DNA of 64,000 bases from an uncultured Chthonomonas sp. (GCA_903885605.1 CAISJD010000077.1:8490-72489), one strand, 5' to 3'. Positions 8,945-16,690 are shown, counted from the stretch's first letter. The notes: a model not told the origin generated them from the sequence alone. Numbers and translations are program-made.

Positions 8945-10366
8945 ATGGGCCTGGGCGCCAAGCCGAGATTCGCCCTCTTTTTCGGCAACCGGGGTTTCTT
9001 CCCGGGATCGCTCATGGCTTCAGCGCGGCAGGAGGTCAAGGCCGCCGTTGAAGCGCAGGGCTACGAGACGCTCATGCTGGATGCCGACGCCACCCGCTTC
9101 GGCGCCGTCGAGACGCCCGCCGAGGGCGCCATCTATGCCCGCTTCCTCAAGGAGAACGAGGGCAAGTTCGACGGCATCATCCTCAGCCTGCCCAACTTCG
9201 GCGATGAGACCGGCGCCGTGGCGGCCCTGCAGCACGCGGGCGTGCCCATCCTGATCCAGGCCTATCCCGACACGATGGACCGCATGGAGCCCGCCCTCCG
9301 GCGCGACTCGTTCTGCGGCAAGTTCTCCATCATGGACGTCTTCTGCCAGACCGGGGTGAAGTTCACCGCGCTCAAGCCCCACACCGCGGCGCCGGACAGC
9401 GCGGCGTTCAAGGCCAATGTGGACCACTTCGCCCGCGTCTGCTCGGTCACGTCGGCCTTCAAGGGCCTCGTGGTCGGGGCCATCGGCGCCCGCACTACGG
9501 CATTCAAGACCGTCCGCATCGACGAGCTGGCCCTGCAGAAGCACGGCATCACCATGGAGACCTATGACCTTTCCGAGGTCTTCTGCCGCGTTCGCGCCCT
9601 GACCGATGCCGACGGCGCCGTGAAGGAGAAGGCCGCCACGCTGAAGGCCTACGCCGACTTCAGCCGCGTGCCCGACGAGAGCTTCTCGACCATCACCCGC
9701 ATGGGCGTCGTGTTTGACCAGATCATCGAAGAGAACAACCTCGACGCGGTGGCGATCCGGTGCTGGGTCGAGATGCAGCGCGAGATGGGCATCTCCCCCT
9801 GCGTGCTGCTCAGCGAGCTGAACAACCGCGGCGTCGTGGCGGCGTGCGAGGTCGACATGGGCAACGCGGTGGCCATGCACGCCCTGGCGGCGGCCTCCGG
9901 CGCACCGGCTACCTGCCTCGACTGGAACAACAACTACGGCGACGATGAGGACAAGTGCATCCTCTTCCACTGCGGGCCCGTGCCGCAGGACCTGATGACC
10001 GGCCGCGGCACCGTGACCAACCACGCCATCCTGGACAATGCACCGGGCATCAACGCGTCGTTCGGCTGCAACGTGGGCCGCATCAAGCCGCAGGACTTCT
10101 CCTTCTCCAGCATGACCACGCAGGAAGGCAAGCTGAAGTTCTACGTGGGCGAGGGCCGCTTCACGCCGGGCCCGATCCCCGCGGTCTTCTTCGGCTGCGC
10201 CGGCGTCGCCCAGATCGGCGGACTGCAGGATGTGCTCCGCTACATCGGCTACAACGGGCACCGGCACCATGTGGGCATCACGCCCGGCAGCGTGGCCGCT
10301 CCCGTCCGCGAGGCCCTGGGCTACTACCTGGGCTACGACGTGGCCTATCCGCAGATCGGCGAGTAG
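8945..10366 (+). CDS. L-fucose/L-arabinose isomerase family protein (short form)
   Basis: ATG 8945 preceded by AAAGGAGA inside the kinase 3' end. N-terminal FFGNRGFFPG...ILSLPNFGDE and C-terminal GHRHHVGITPG resemble the FucI/AraA-like isomerase superfamily. About 473 aa, versus about 590 for E. coli FucI. Confidence 0.65.
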   Translation: MGLGAKPRFALFFGNRGFFPGSLMASARQEVKAAVEAQGYETLMLDADATRFGAVETPAEGAIYARFLKENEGKFDGIILSLPNFGDETGAVAALQHAGVPILIQAYPDTMDRMEPALRRDSFCGKFSIMDVFCQTGVKFTALKPHTAAPDSAAFKANVDHFARVCSVTSAFKGLVVGAIGARTTAFKTVRIDELALQKHGITMETYDLSEVFCRVRALTDADGAVKEKAATLKAYADFSRVPDESFSTITRMGVVFDQIIEENNLDAVAIRCWVEMQREMGISPCVLLSELNNRGVVAACEVDMGNAVAMHALAAASGAPATCLDWNNNYGDDEDKCILFHCGPVPQDLMTGRGTVTNHAILDNAPGINASFGCNVGRIKPQDFSFSSMTTQEGKLKFYVGEGRFTPGPIPAVFFGCAGVAQIGGLQDVLRYIGYNGHRHHVGITPGSVAAPVREALGYYLGYDVAYPQIGE

Positions 10367-10420
10367 ACGCATCCGGCCGGACCGGGAGGCTCCTCGCCCG
10401 GTCCGGCCTTCCACCTTCCA

Positions 10421-11842
10421 ATGATGGCTACCCTCGTCTGGCTCCGGCGCGACCTGCGCCTGGACGACAACCCCGCACTGACCGTTGCCGCCGCGCATGG
10501 CCCCGTGGCGCCGATCTTCGTGTGGGCGCCGGACGAGGAGGAGCCCTGGGCGCCCGGCGCGGCGAGCCGCTGGTGGCTGCACCAGAGCCTGTCCGCGCTC
10601 TCGGCTGAGTTGGAGGCGGCGGACGCGCCGTTGCGCCTCGCCTGCGGCCCCAGCGCGGAGGCCCTCCTGGCCGAGTGCCGCCGCACCGGCGCACGCCGCG
10701 TCGTTTGGAACCGCCTTCCCGAGCCGCACCTGCAAGGCCGCGACGAGGCGGTGGCACACGCGCTGGCTTCGGCGGGCATCGAGACGGCTGCATTCGACGC
10801 CTGCACCCTCTGGCGGCCCGGCTCCATCCGCAACGGCTCCGGCAACGGCTTCCAGGTCTTCACGCCCTTCTGGCGCGCCGCGGCGGCGATCCCCGTTGTG
10901 GAGCCGCTTCCGCGTCCCGCGCGGTTGCGGGGCGTGGAGGGCGATGGGGGCGGTATGCCGCCCGCAGGCCTGGGTCTGCTTCCCGCCGTCGACTGGGCGG
11001 CGGAGATGCGCCGGGCGTGGCAACCCGGTGAGGCAGGGGCGCTGGAGGCGCTGGACGCGTTCGCCGCCGGTCCCGTGGCCCGCTACGCCGCCGACCGTGA
11101 CTTCCCGGCCCTGCCCGGCGTCTCGCGGCTGGCGCCGCACCTCCACTTCGGCGAGGTGAGTGCCCGCCGCGTCTGGCATGCCCTCTGCCAGGGCCCGCCG
11201 CAAGGCGCGCCGTCAGAGCCCTTCCTGCGCCAGCTGGCCTGGCGGGAGTTCGCGCACGACCTGCTCGCTCACCACCCGAAGACCGACACCGAGCCGCTGC
11301 GTTCCGAGTTCGCCCGCTTCCCGTGGCGCTCCGACCCGGAGGCGCTGCGCCGCTGGCAGTGCGGGCGCACGGGCTATCCCATCGTGGACGCCGGCATGCG
11401 GGAGCTCTGGGCCACGGGCTGGATGCACAACCGCGTGCGGATGATCGCCGCCTCATTCCTGGTCAAGGACCTGCTCATCCCCTGGCAGGAGGGCGCGCGC
11501 TGGTTCTGGGACACTCTCGTCGATGCCGACCTCGCCAACAACACCATGGGCTGGCAGTGGGTCGCCGGTTGCGGAGCCGACGCCGCGCCCTACTTCCGCG
11601 TCTTCAACCCCGTGCTCCAGGGCGCCCGGTTCGACCCGACAGGCGCGTACGTCCGCCGCTGGGCGCCCGAACTGGCGGGCCTGCCCGACCGCGCGCTCCA
11701 CGCGCCCTGGGAGGCGCCGGCCGACGTGCTCCGTGCCGCCGGCGTGGAGCTGGGGCGCAGCGTCCCGCGCCCGATGGTGGACCACTCCCAGGCCCGGCAG
11801 GAGGCGCTGGCGGCGTACGCGCAGGTCGCCGCCGGCCGCTGA
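10421..11842 (+). CDS. phrB: Deoxyribodipyrimidine photolyase / cryptochrome family protein
   Basis: LVWLRRDLRLDDNPAL N-terminus. TGYPIVDAGMRELWATGWMHNRVRMIAASFLVKDL and DADLANNTMGWQWVAGCGADAAPYFRVFNP are signature FAD-binding-domain motifs. Confidence 0.9.
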   Translation: MMATLVWLRRDLRLDDNPALTVAAAHGPVAPIFVWAPDEEEPWAPGAASRWWLHQSLSALSAELEAADAPLRLACGPSAEALLAECRRTGARRVVWNRLPEPHLQGRDEAVAHALASAGIETAAFDACTLWRPGSIRNGSGNGFQVFTPFWRAAAAIPVVEPLPRPARLRGVEGDGGGMPPAGLGLLPAVDWAAEMRRAWQPGEAGALEALDAFAAGPVARYAADRDFPALPGVSRLAPHLHFGEVSARRVWHALCQGPPQGAPSEPFLRQLAWREFAHDLLAHHPKTDTEPLRSEFARFPWRSDPEALRRWQCGRTGYPIVDAGMRELWATGWMHNRVRMIAASFLVKDLLIPWQEGARWFWDTLVDADLANNTMGWQWVAGCGADAAPYFRVFNPVLQGARFDPTGAYVRRWAPELAGLPDRALHAPWEAPADVLRAAGVELGRSVPRPMVDHSQARQEALAAYAQVAAGR

Positions 11843-11868
11843 AGCCCGCCGAGTCGTCATCTCCGGCC

Positions 11869-13206
11869 CTACTGCGTCTCCAGCAGCACCACCGTGTCCA
11901 CCGCGTCCGGCGCCGTCGTCGGGCCCACGAGCGTCACGTCGCCGCCCGTGCGGAGCACCTGCAGCGTCGTCCCGTGGCCGGCCAGAAGCGAGGCGCGCTT
12001 GATGAAGGCGGGTAGCCCCTTGACCACGATGCGCCCGTCGGCAGGCCAGTTGAAGACGTGGAGGTAGACCTTCGAGCCCTTCTTCGTGGCGCGTCCCCAG
12101 TCCGGGCGGCCGATGGGGCTGGCGGTGGTTCCGTGGATGCTCTCGGCGTTCTTGCGCATCCAGGCGCCCATGGCCTCGAGCCGCTCCACGCTGGCCTCGG
12201 GGATGAGACCCTCGGCGGTGGGACCCACGTTCAGCAGCAGGTTTCCGCCCTTGGACGCGACGTCGACCAGCATCCGGATCAGGTCCGGCGCCGACTTCCA
12301 GTTGGTGTCGTTCTTCCGGAAACCCCAGGTGTCGTTCATCGTGATGCACGACTCCCAGTCCACGCCGGGTAGCCCCGTGGCGGGCACTTCCTGCTCGGGC
12401 GTGCCGTAGTCGCCGGCGAAGTCGCCCTCCTTGTTCAGGCCCTGCATTCCCTGGCGGCCCTTGTCCACGCGGTTGTTCACGATGATGCTGGGCTGCAGGC
12501 TCCGCACGTAGCTGTAGAGCTCCTTGCCCATGTCGTGCGTCCAGGTGCTCTCCCACTCGCCGTCGAACCACATGATGCCCAGCGGGCCGTACTCCTTGAC
12601 GAGCTGCTTGAGCTGGGCCTTCATGTACTCGATGTACGCCGGGAAGCTGGCCGGATCGGCGGGCCGCTTGTCCCACGGGCGGCGGGGCAGGTAGTCGGGC
12701 TCGTGCCAGTCCATGATGGAGTGGTAGAAGCAGAGCCGCATCCCTTCGGCCTTGCATGCGACCGCCAGCTCCTTCAGGATGTCGCGCTTGAAGGGCGTGG
12801 ACATGACGTCCCAGTCGCTGTTCTTCGCGTCGAAGAGGCAGAAGCCGTCATGGTGCTTGCTGGTGATGATGACGTACTTCATGCCCGCGCGCTTGGCGAG
12901 CTTCACCCACTGCAGGGCGTTGAACTTCACCGGGTTGAACTGGGCCAGCAGCGGCTCGTAGTCCGGCACCGGTATCTGGGCGTTGGTCATGATCCACTCG
13001 CCCGTGCCGCCGGTCTGCTTGCCCTGCCACTCGCCGGCGGGGATGGCGTAGAGGCCCCAGTGGATGAAGAGGCCGAAGCGGGCGTCGCGGAACCAGCCCA
13101 TCCGCTTGTCGCGCTCGGCGGGCGTCTCCGAAGGCGTCTGGGCGAGGGCGGCCGGCATGAGTGAGGCCAGGCAGGCGGCCAATATCGGCAGGCAGAGGCT
13201 TCGCAT
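11869..13206 (-). CDS. Alpha-L-fucosidase (GH29), secreted
   Basis: Signal peptide MRSLCLPILAACLASLMPAALA. FGLFIHWGLYA, KHHDGFCLFD and WFDGEWE motifs of GH29. Confidence 0.9.
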   Translation of the reverse strand: MRSLCLPILAACLASLMPAALAQTPSETPAERDKRMGWFRDARFGLFIHWGLYAIPAGEWQGKQTGGTGEWIMTNAQIPVPDYEPLLAQFNPVKFNALQWVKLAKRAGMKYVIITSKHHDGFCLFDAKNSDWDVMSTPFKRDILKELAVACKAEGMRLCFYHSIMDWHEPDYLPRRPWDKRPADPASFPAYIEYMKAQLKQLVKEYGPLGIMWFDGEWESTWTHDMGKELYSYVRSLQPSIIVNNRVDKGRQGMQGLNKEGDFAGDYGTPEQEVPATGLPGVDWESCITMNDTWGFRKNDTNWKSAPDLIRMLVDVASKGGNLLLNVGPTAEGLIPEASVERLEAMGAWMRKNAESIHGTTASPIGRPDWGRATKKGSKVYLHVFNWPADGRIVVKGLPAFIKRASLLAGHGTTLQVLRTGGDVTLVGPTTAPDAVDTVVLLETQ

Positions 13207-13209
13207 GGG

Positions 13210-14700
13210 CTACTTCCTTTCGATGGTCGCGCGGGCGGATACGAAGCCCAGGGCGGGTACGGTGACGCGGAGGCGGCCGTCCTGGGCGGTGGCCTGCCAG
13301 GGCGTCGGTTGCACGGAGTTCGGGGCCTCCCAGCTGTTGGCGGCCTTGGGATCGCTCCCGTGCAGGGCGTCGGCGCCGGTGGCCGCGGTGACCACGGCGT
13401 CGTTCAGGCGCACGTCCAGCTCCACGGCGTCGGTCCGGCTCCGGTTCACGGCGAAGAGCGCCAGCCGGCCCTCGTCATCCAGGCAGGCCGAGACGTCGAG
13501 CACGGGCGCCTCGCCCCGCGATCCCGCCTTGTAGGTGGGGCAGTCGAGCTGCGTGCGGAGCGAGCGCCCCGCCGTGTGCCGGGCCATGAGCGCGAAGGGG
13601 TGGTAGATGCTCTGGATGAGCAGGCCGTCGGGCCGCGTGAGCATGGGCGCGATGATGTTGACGATCTGGGCGATGCAGGCGACCTTCACCACGTCGGCGC
13701 GGCGGATGAAGGCGTTCAGGTACTGCGCGCAGACCAGCGCGTCCTCAAGGTTGTAGACCTCCTCGATGAGGTGCGGGGCCCTGGTCCAGCGGCCGTCCAT
13801 CTCCATGGCCTTGTACCAGACGTTCCACTCGTCGAAGGAGAGGTGGACCCGCTTGTCGGAGCGTTTCATGCCCCGGACGTAGTCGAAGAGGCCGGCGTAG
13901 TCCGCGATGATCCGGTCGATCTCCACGCCCTCGGCCAGGTACCAGTCCGTGTCGCCGGCATGGTTGGCGCTGTAGCGGTGGGCGGAGACGTAGCTGATGT
14001 GGTCCCAGCAGTACTCCAGCACCTCGCGGTCGTAGGCCAGGTAGGTGCCCATGGAGCGCCCGGATGAGCCGCAGGCCACCAGTTCGATCGTCGGGTCGAG
14101 GCCGCGCATGAGCTTGGCCGCCTGGTCGGCCCGGCGGGCATACTCGGCCGCAGGCACGTGCCCGGCCTGCCAGGGGCCGTCCATCTCGTTGCCGAGGCAC
14201 CAGACCTTGACGCCGTAGGGGTCGGTCCGGCCGTTGGCCACGCGCCGGTCGGCCCAGTAGGTGCCTGCGGGCATGTTGCAGTATTCGACCAGCGCCTGCG
14301 CCTCCATGGCGCCCCGGGTGCCCAGGTTCACGGCCATCATGGGTGAGGTGTCGGCCTTGCGGCACCACTGCATGAACTCATCGGTGCCGAACTGGTTGGT
14401 CTCGACGCTCTTCCAGGCATAGTCGGGCCGGGCCGGCCGCTGGTCCCGCGGGCCGATGCCGTCGGTCCAGTCATAGCTGCTGACGAAGTTGCCGCCGGGG
14501 TAGCGCATGAGCGGCATCCGGAGCCTGCGGATGGCCTCCAGCACGTCGGTGCGGAACCCGTCCTCGTCGGCCAGCGGGCTGCCGGGGTCGTAGACGCCCT
14601 CGTAGACGGCGCGGCCCATATGCTCCAGGAAGCCGCTGAAGATGCGCGGGTCAATAGGCCCGGCGTGGAACTCGGTGTCAAGGGTAAGCGTTGCTGGCAT
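13210..14700 (-). CDS. abfA: Alpha-L-arabinofuranosidase (GH51)
   Basis: Start at the internal Met (ATG at 14700, GAGGAG upstream). RYPGGNFVSSYDW, WCLGNEMDG and FDEWNVWY are GH51 hallmarks. The 86-aa N-terminal extension in listed ORF 13210..14958 reads through repeat DNA and was rejected. Confidence 0.9.
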   Translation of the reverse strand: MPATLTLDTEFHAGPIDPRIFSGFLEHMGRAVYEGVYDPGSPLADEDGFRTDVLEAIRRLRMPLMRYPGGNFVSSYDWTDGIGPRDQRPARPDYAWKSVETNQFGTDEFMQWCRKADTSPMMAVNLGTRGAMEAQALVEYCNMPAGTYWADRRVANGRTDPYGVKVWCLGNEMDGPWQAGHVPAAEYARRADQAAKLMRGLDPTIELVACGSSGRSMGTYLAYDREVLEYCWDHISYVSAHRYSANHAGDTDWYLAEGVEIDRIIADYAGLFDYVRGMKRSDKRVHLSFDEWNVWYKAMEMDGRWTRAPHLIEEVYNLEDALVCAQYLNAFIRRADVVKVACIAQIVNIIAPMLTRPDGLLIQSIYHPFALMARHTAGRSLRTQLDCPTYKAGSRGEAPVLDVSACLDDEGRLALFAVNRSRTDAVELDVRLNDAVVTAATGADALHGSDPKAANSWEAPNSVQPTPWQATAQDGRLRVTVPALGFVSARATIERK

Positions 14701-14941
14701 GTGCGGCGCTCCTCTTCCAGTAGTAAGCGCGCATAGGTTCGCCGCCGGGGCAGTCGTTCCCTGCCGGGTGCGGGCGAGCAGGCATGGTGCAGGCGCTGGA
14801 GGCGGCCCGCCGGTGTTGGTGGCTCCATGCCGGTCTTGGTGGCTCAGTACCAGTTTCGGTGGCTCGGGCCTCCGTGCCTGAGTCTGGAGGGCTTGGGCCG
14901 CCGGCCAAAGCCGACGGCGGTGCGGCGGTGCAGCGGGTTGC

Positions 14942-14993
14942 GGCGTCAAGGTGTTCACTTCCCTGTGGCAGCAAAGTAATCACCTTGACCGCC
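14942..14993. repeat. REP-like hairpin core, copy 1 (degenerate right arm)
   Basis: GGCGTCAAGGTGTTCACTT-(loop)-AAGTAATCACCTTGACCGCC. Same element as 15173..15224 and 16577..16628, with two mismatches in the stem. Confidence 0.8.
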
Positions 14994-15020
14994 TTGGGCC
15001 GCACCGATGCCGCCCGCTGT

Positions 15021-15054
15021 TGACGTCGCCCTGAGTGAAACGAAGGGCCCCGAC
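15021..15054 (+). repeat. Short module TGACGTCGCCCTGAGTGAAACGAAGGGCCCCGAC
   Basis: Identical copy at 16657..16690. A related copy in inverted orientation lies at 15119..15146 (its reverse complement is GTCATCCTGAACGGAGTGAAGGACCCCG). Confidence 0.75.
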
Positions 15055-15118
15055 TTCAGCGCCGCACTGTCGTACCCCTGCGCGAAGCGGCCCAGGCAAG
15101 CCACCGCAGCGGAAGAAT

Positions 15119-15146
15119 CGGGGTCCTTCACTCCGTTCAGGATGAC
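15119..15146 (-). repeat. Inverted, diverged copy of the CCTGA...GAAGG module
   Basis: CGGGGTCCTTCACTCCGTTCAGGATGAC. Its reverse complement matches the pattern GTCRYCCTGA-N-GAAGGRCCCC seen at 15024..15054 and 16660..16690. Confidence 0.6.
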
Positions 15147-15240
15147 GGCGGTGCGGCGGAGCGGCGGGTTGCGGCGTCAAGGTGTTCACTTTCCTAGGTC
15201 GGAAAAGTGAACGCCTTGACCGCCTTGGGCCGCACCGATG
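15147..15240. repeat. Partial third copy (C) of the composite element (hairpin half only)
   Basis: GGCGGTGCGGCGG..GGGTTGCGGCGTCAAGGTGTTCACTT-loop-AAGTGAACGCCTTGACCGCCTTGGGCCGCACCGATG matches the right half of copies A and B. The hairpin core is 15173..15224, about 31 nt beyond the stop of the orphan gene. Confidence 0.8.
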
Positions 15241-15254
15241 ATGTCGGCGCTGGG

Positions 15255-16268
15255 CTACCGTCGTAGGAACCGCCGCAGCCGGTCGGCCAGGGAGGGGCTG
15301 TAGCTTGCGGTCGGCTCATCATCGTCCTCGGCGTCTCCAGCGGCCCAACTCATCCTCATCAGGCTGTGCATCACGATGTAGGTGTGTATTCCGGGCCGGA
15401 ACGTGAGGTCGGAGAAGAAGGCGACGTGCGTGAGCCCAATCTGGCCCTTGCACCATGAGCCGAACGACCAGGCGTTCGGTACTTCGGCGTACTCACGCTC
15501 GTTCATCCGTAGCGCCTCGGCCACCGTGTTGGGATGGTCCCTGGTCGGGAGGCTGAGCAGGCACAGGAGGCCCTTGCCGAGGTTCGGGTGCCGGGCCCCG
15601 GCGTTCAGCACCAGGGATGCGCCGGGTCCGCCACAGGCCAGGCGGAGCGAGAGCATCGTGTCGCTGCTCTGGATGTCTCGCACCATGGGGTGCCTGCGCA
15701 CGGCCCCGGCCGCTTGGCCTAATGCGCCGCCGGCGTACATCGCCGGCGCGGAACGGCTCTTGGCGTAGTCTGACAGGTTCAGCATGTCGTCACGTTGCGT
15801 GCGCTTGCCGCTAGTGGGGTGGGGGCTCATAGCAGGGGCGCCGCCGCAGCCCCCGGCCATGATCGGCGCCATCAGCTCGGCCTCGCGGGCCTGGAAGGCG
15901 GCGGCGACCCCCAGTAGCGGGGTCAGCCAGCCGATGTTGTCCTCATTAGCGTAGGCGCTGCACGCCAGTCGCCACTTCGATGCATCCTTGCGGTCGTGGA
16001 TCGGCCCGCTGAGCGACATGCCCTGGAGCATGGCAGCGATGCTACCGTCCCGGTCCGACGCCATGTCGCCCCCGTGGATGAGGTCAGTCTCGATGTGAAC
16101 GCGCGATAGGTCGATCCCGTCGTCGCACATGCAGGGATCAGCCCATATCCGCTGGGCATAGGCCCCGCCCCACCACGTGAACCCCCTGGCCTCGTTGCGG
16201 CTCCACTTCGCGTCGACCTGCAACTGCTTGCGTAACTGCGTGACAGCTTTCAGCCCGATGTCATCCAT
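15255..16268 (-). CDS. Hypothetical protein (337 aa), orphan gene inside the repeat-bounded cassette
   Basis: ATG 16268 with GGGAG 7 nt upstream. Clean ORF, visibly less GC-rich than its neighbours. Protein-like composition with acidic tail (AGDAEDDDEP) and two similar Trp-rich segments (ARGFTWWGGAYAQRIWA / PNAWSFGSWCKGQIGLTHVA). I recognise no family. Confidence 0.6.
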   Translation of the reverse strand: MDDIGLKAVTQLRKQLQVDAKWSRNEARGFTWWGGAYAQRIWADPCMCDDGIDLSRVHIETDLIHGGDMASDRDGSIAAMLQGMSLSGPIHDRKDASKWRLACSAYANEDNIGWLTPLLGVAAAFQAREAELMAPIMAGGCGGAPAMSPHPTSGKRTQRDDMLNLSDYAKSRSAPAMYAGGALGQAAGAVRRHPMVRDIQSSDTMLSLRLACGGPGASLVLNAGARHPNLGKGLLCLLSLPTRDHPNTVAEALRMNEREYAEVPNAWSFGSWCKGQIGLTHVAFFSDLTFRPGIHTYIVMHSLMRMSWAAGDAEDDDEPTASYSPSLADRLRRFLRR

Positions 16269-16436
16269 GTCTCATCTCCCAGTATCAGCTGATTAGCCGA
16301 CATAGCATCCGGACTGCCTGATGACTCGGTCACCCGTCCTGCAGGCCGTCTGCATAGGTGAACACGCCTAACTGCGAACCTTATAGCACAAGCAATGAGC
16401 CATCGTCCATGATGCTGATGGTTTTCCCCCTCCGCA

Positions 16437-16690
16437 CCGGCGGTGGTGGCTCGGGGCAGGTGTTGGTGGCTCAGTACCAGTTTCGGTGGCTCGGGCCTCC
16501 GTGCCCGAGTCTGGAGGGCTTGGGCCGCCGGCTAATGCCGACGGCGGCGGCGGTGCGGCGGGTTGCGGCGGGTTGCGGCGTCAAGGTGTTCACTTTCCTG
16601 TGGCAGAGAAGTGAACACCTTGACCGCCTTGGCGCCGCACCGATGCCGCCCGCCGTTGACGTCGCCCTGAGTGAAACGAAGGGCCCCGAC
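16437..16690. repeat. Direct repeat copy B (~254 bp) of the composite intergenic element
   Basis: See copy A. GGTGGCTC at 16445/16465/16485. Hairpin CTCGGGC-CTCCGT-GCCCGAG at 16490..16509. Tandem GGTTGCGGCG x2 at 16561..16580. Long hairpin 16577..16628. Terminal module ends at 16690. Confidence 0.85.
16577..16628. repeat. REP-like hairpin core, copy 3 (best preserved)
   Basis: GGCG-TCAAGGTGTTCACTT-TCCTGTGGCAGAG-AAGTGAACACCTTGA-CCGCC. Perfect 15-bp stem, 13-nt loop, plus 4 more pairs after a 1-nt bulge. Confidence 0.85.

Larger units (their letters stand above)
14811..15054. repeat. Direct repeat copy A (~244 bp) of a composite intergenic element
   Basis: Aligns by eye over its full length to 16437..16690 (copy B), roughly nine of ten positions identical, with one ~10-nt indel. 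Contains three GGTGGCTC 8-mers at 14818/14838/14858, a short hairpin, the long hairpin core and the CCTGAGTGAAACGAAGG module. Confidence 0.85.

Noticed and set aside
14701-15189. N-terminal extension of the GH51 ORF (13210..14958) and the separate ORF 14980..15189, both beginning MNTLTPQPAAPPHRR.
   Set aside because: The shared peptide comes from translating two copies of the same repeat (the hairpin region). The GH51 family sequence starts at the internal Met at 14700, which has its own GAGGAG RBS. These are repeat read-throughs, not proteins.
14811-16690. Possibility that the repeated hairpin elements are a CRISPR array or integron attC sites.
   Set aside because: - There are only three copies, with irregular spacing (about 230 bp and about 1.4 kb).
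- The units are much longer than CRISPR repeats and embedded in larger repeats.
- There are no cas genes.
- No integron integrase is present, and I could not find the GTTRRRY / RYYYAAC core sites flanking the hairpins.
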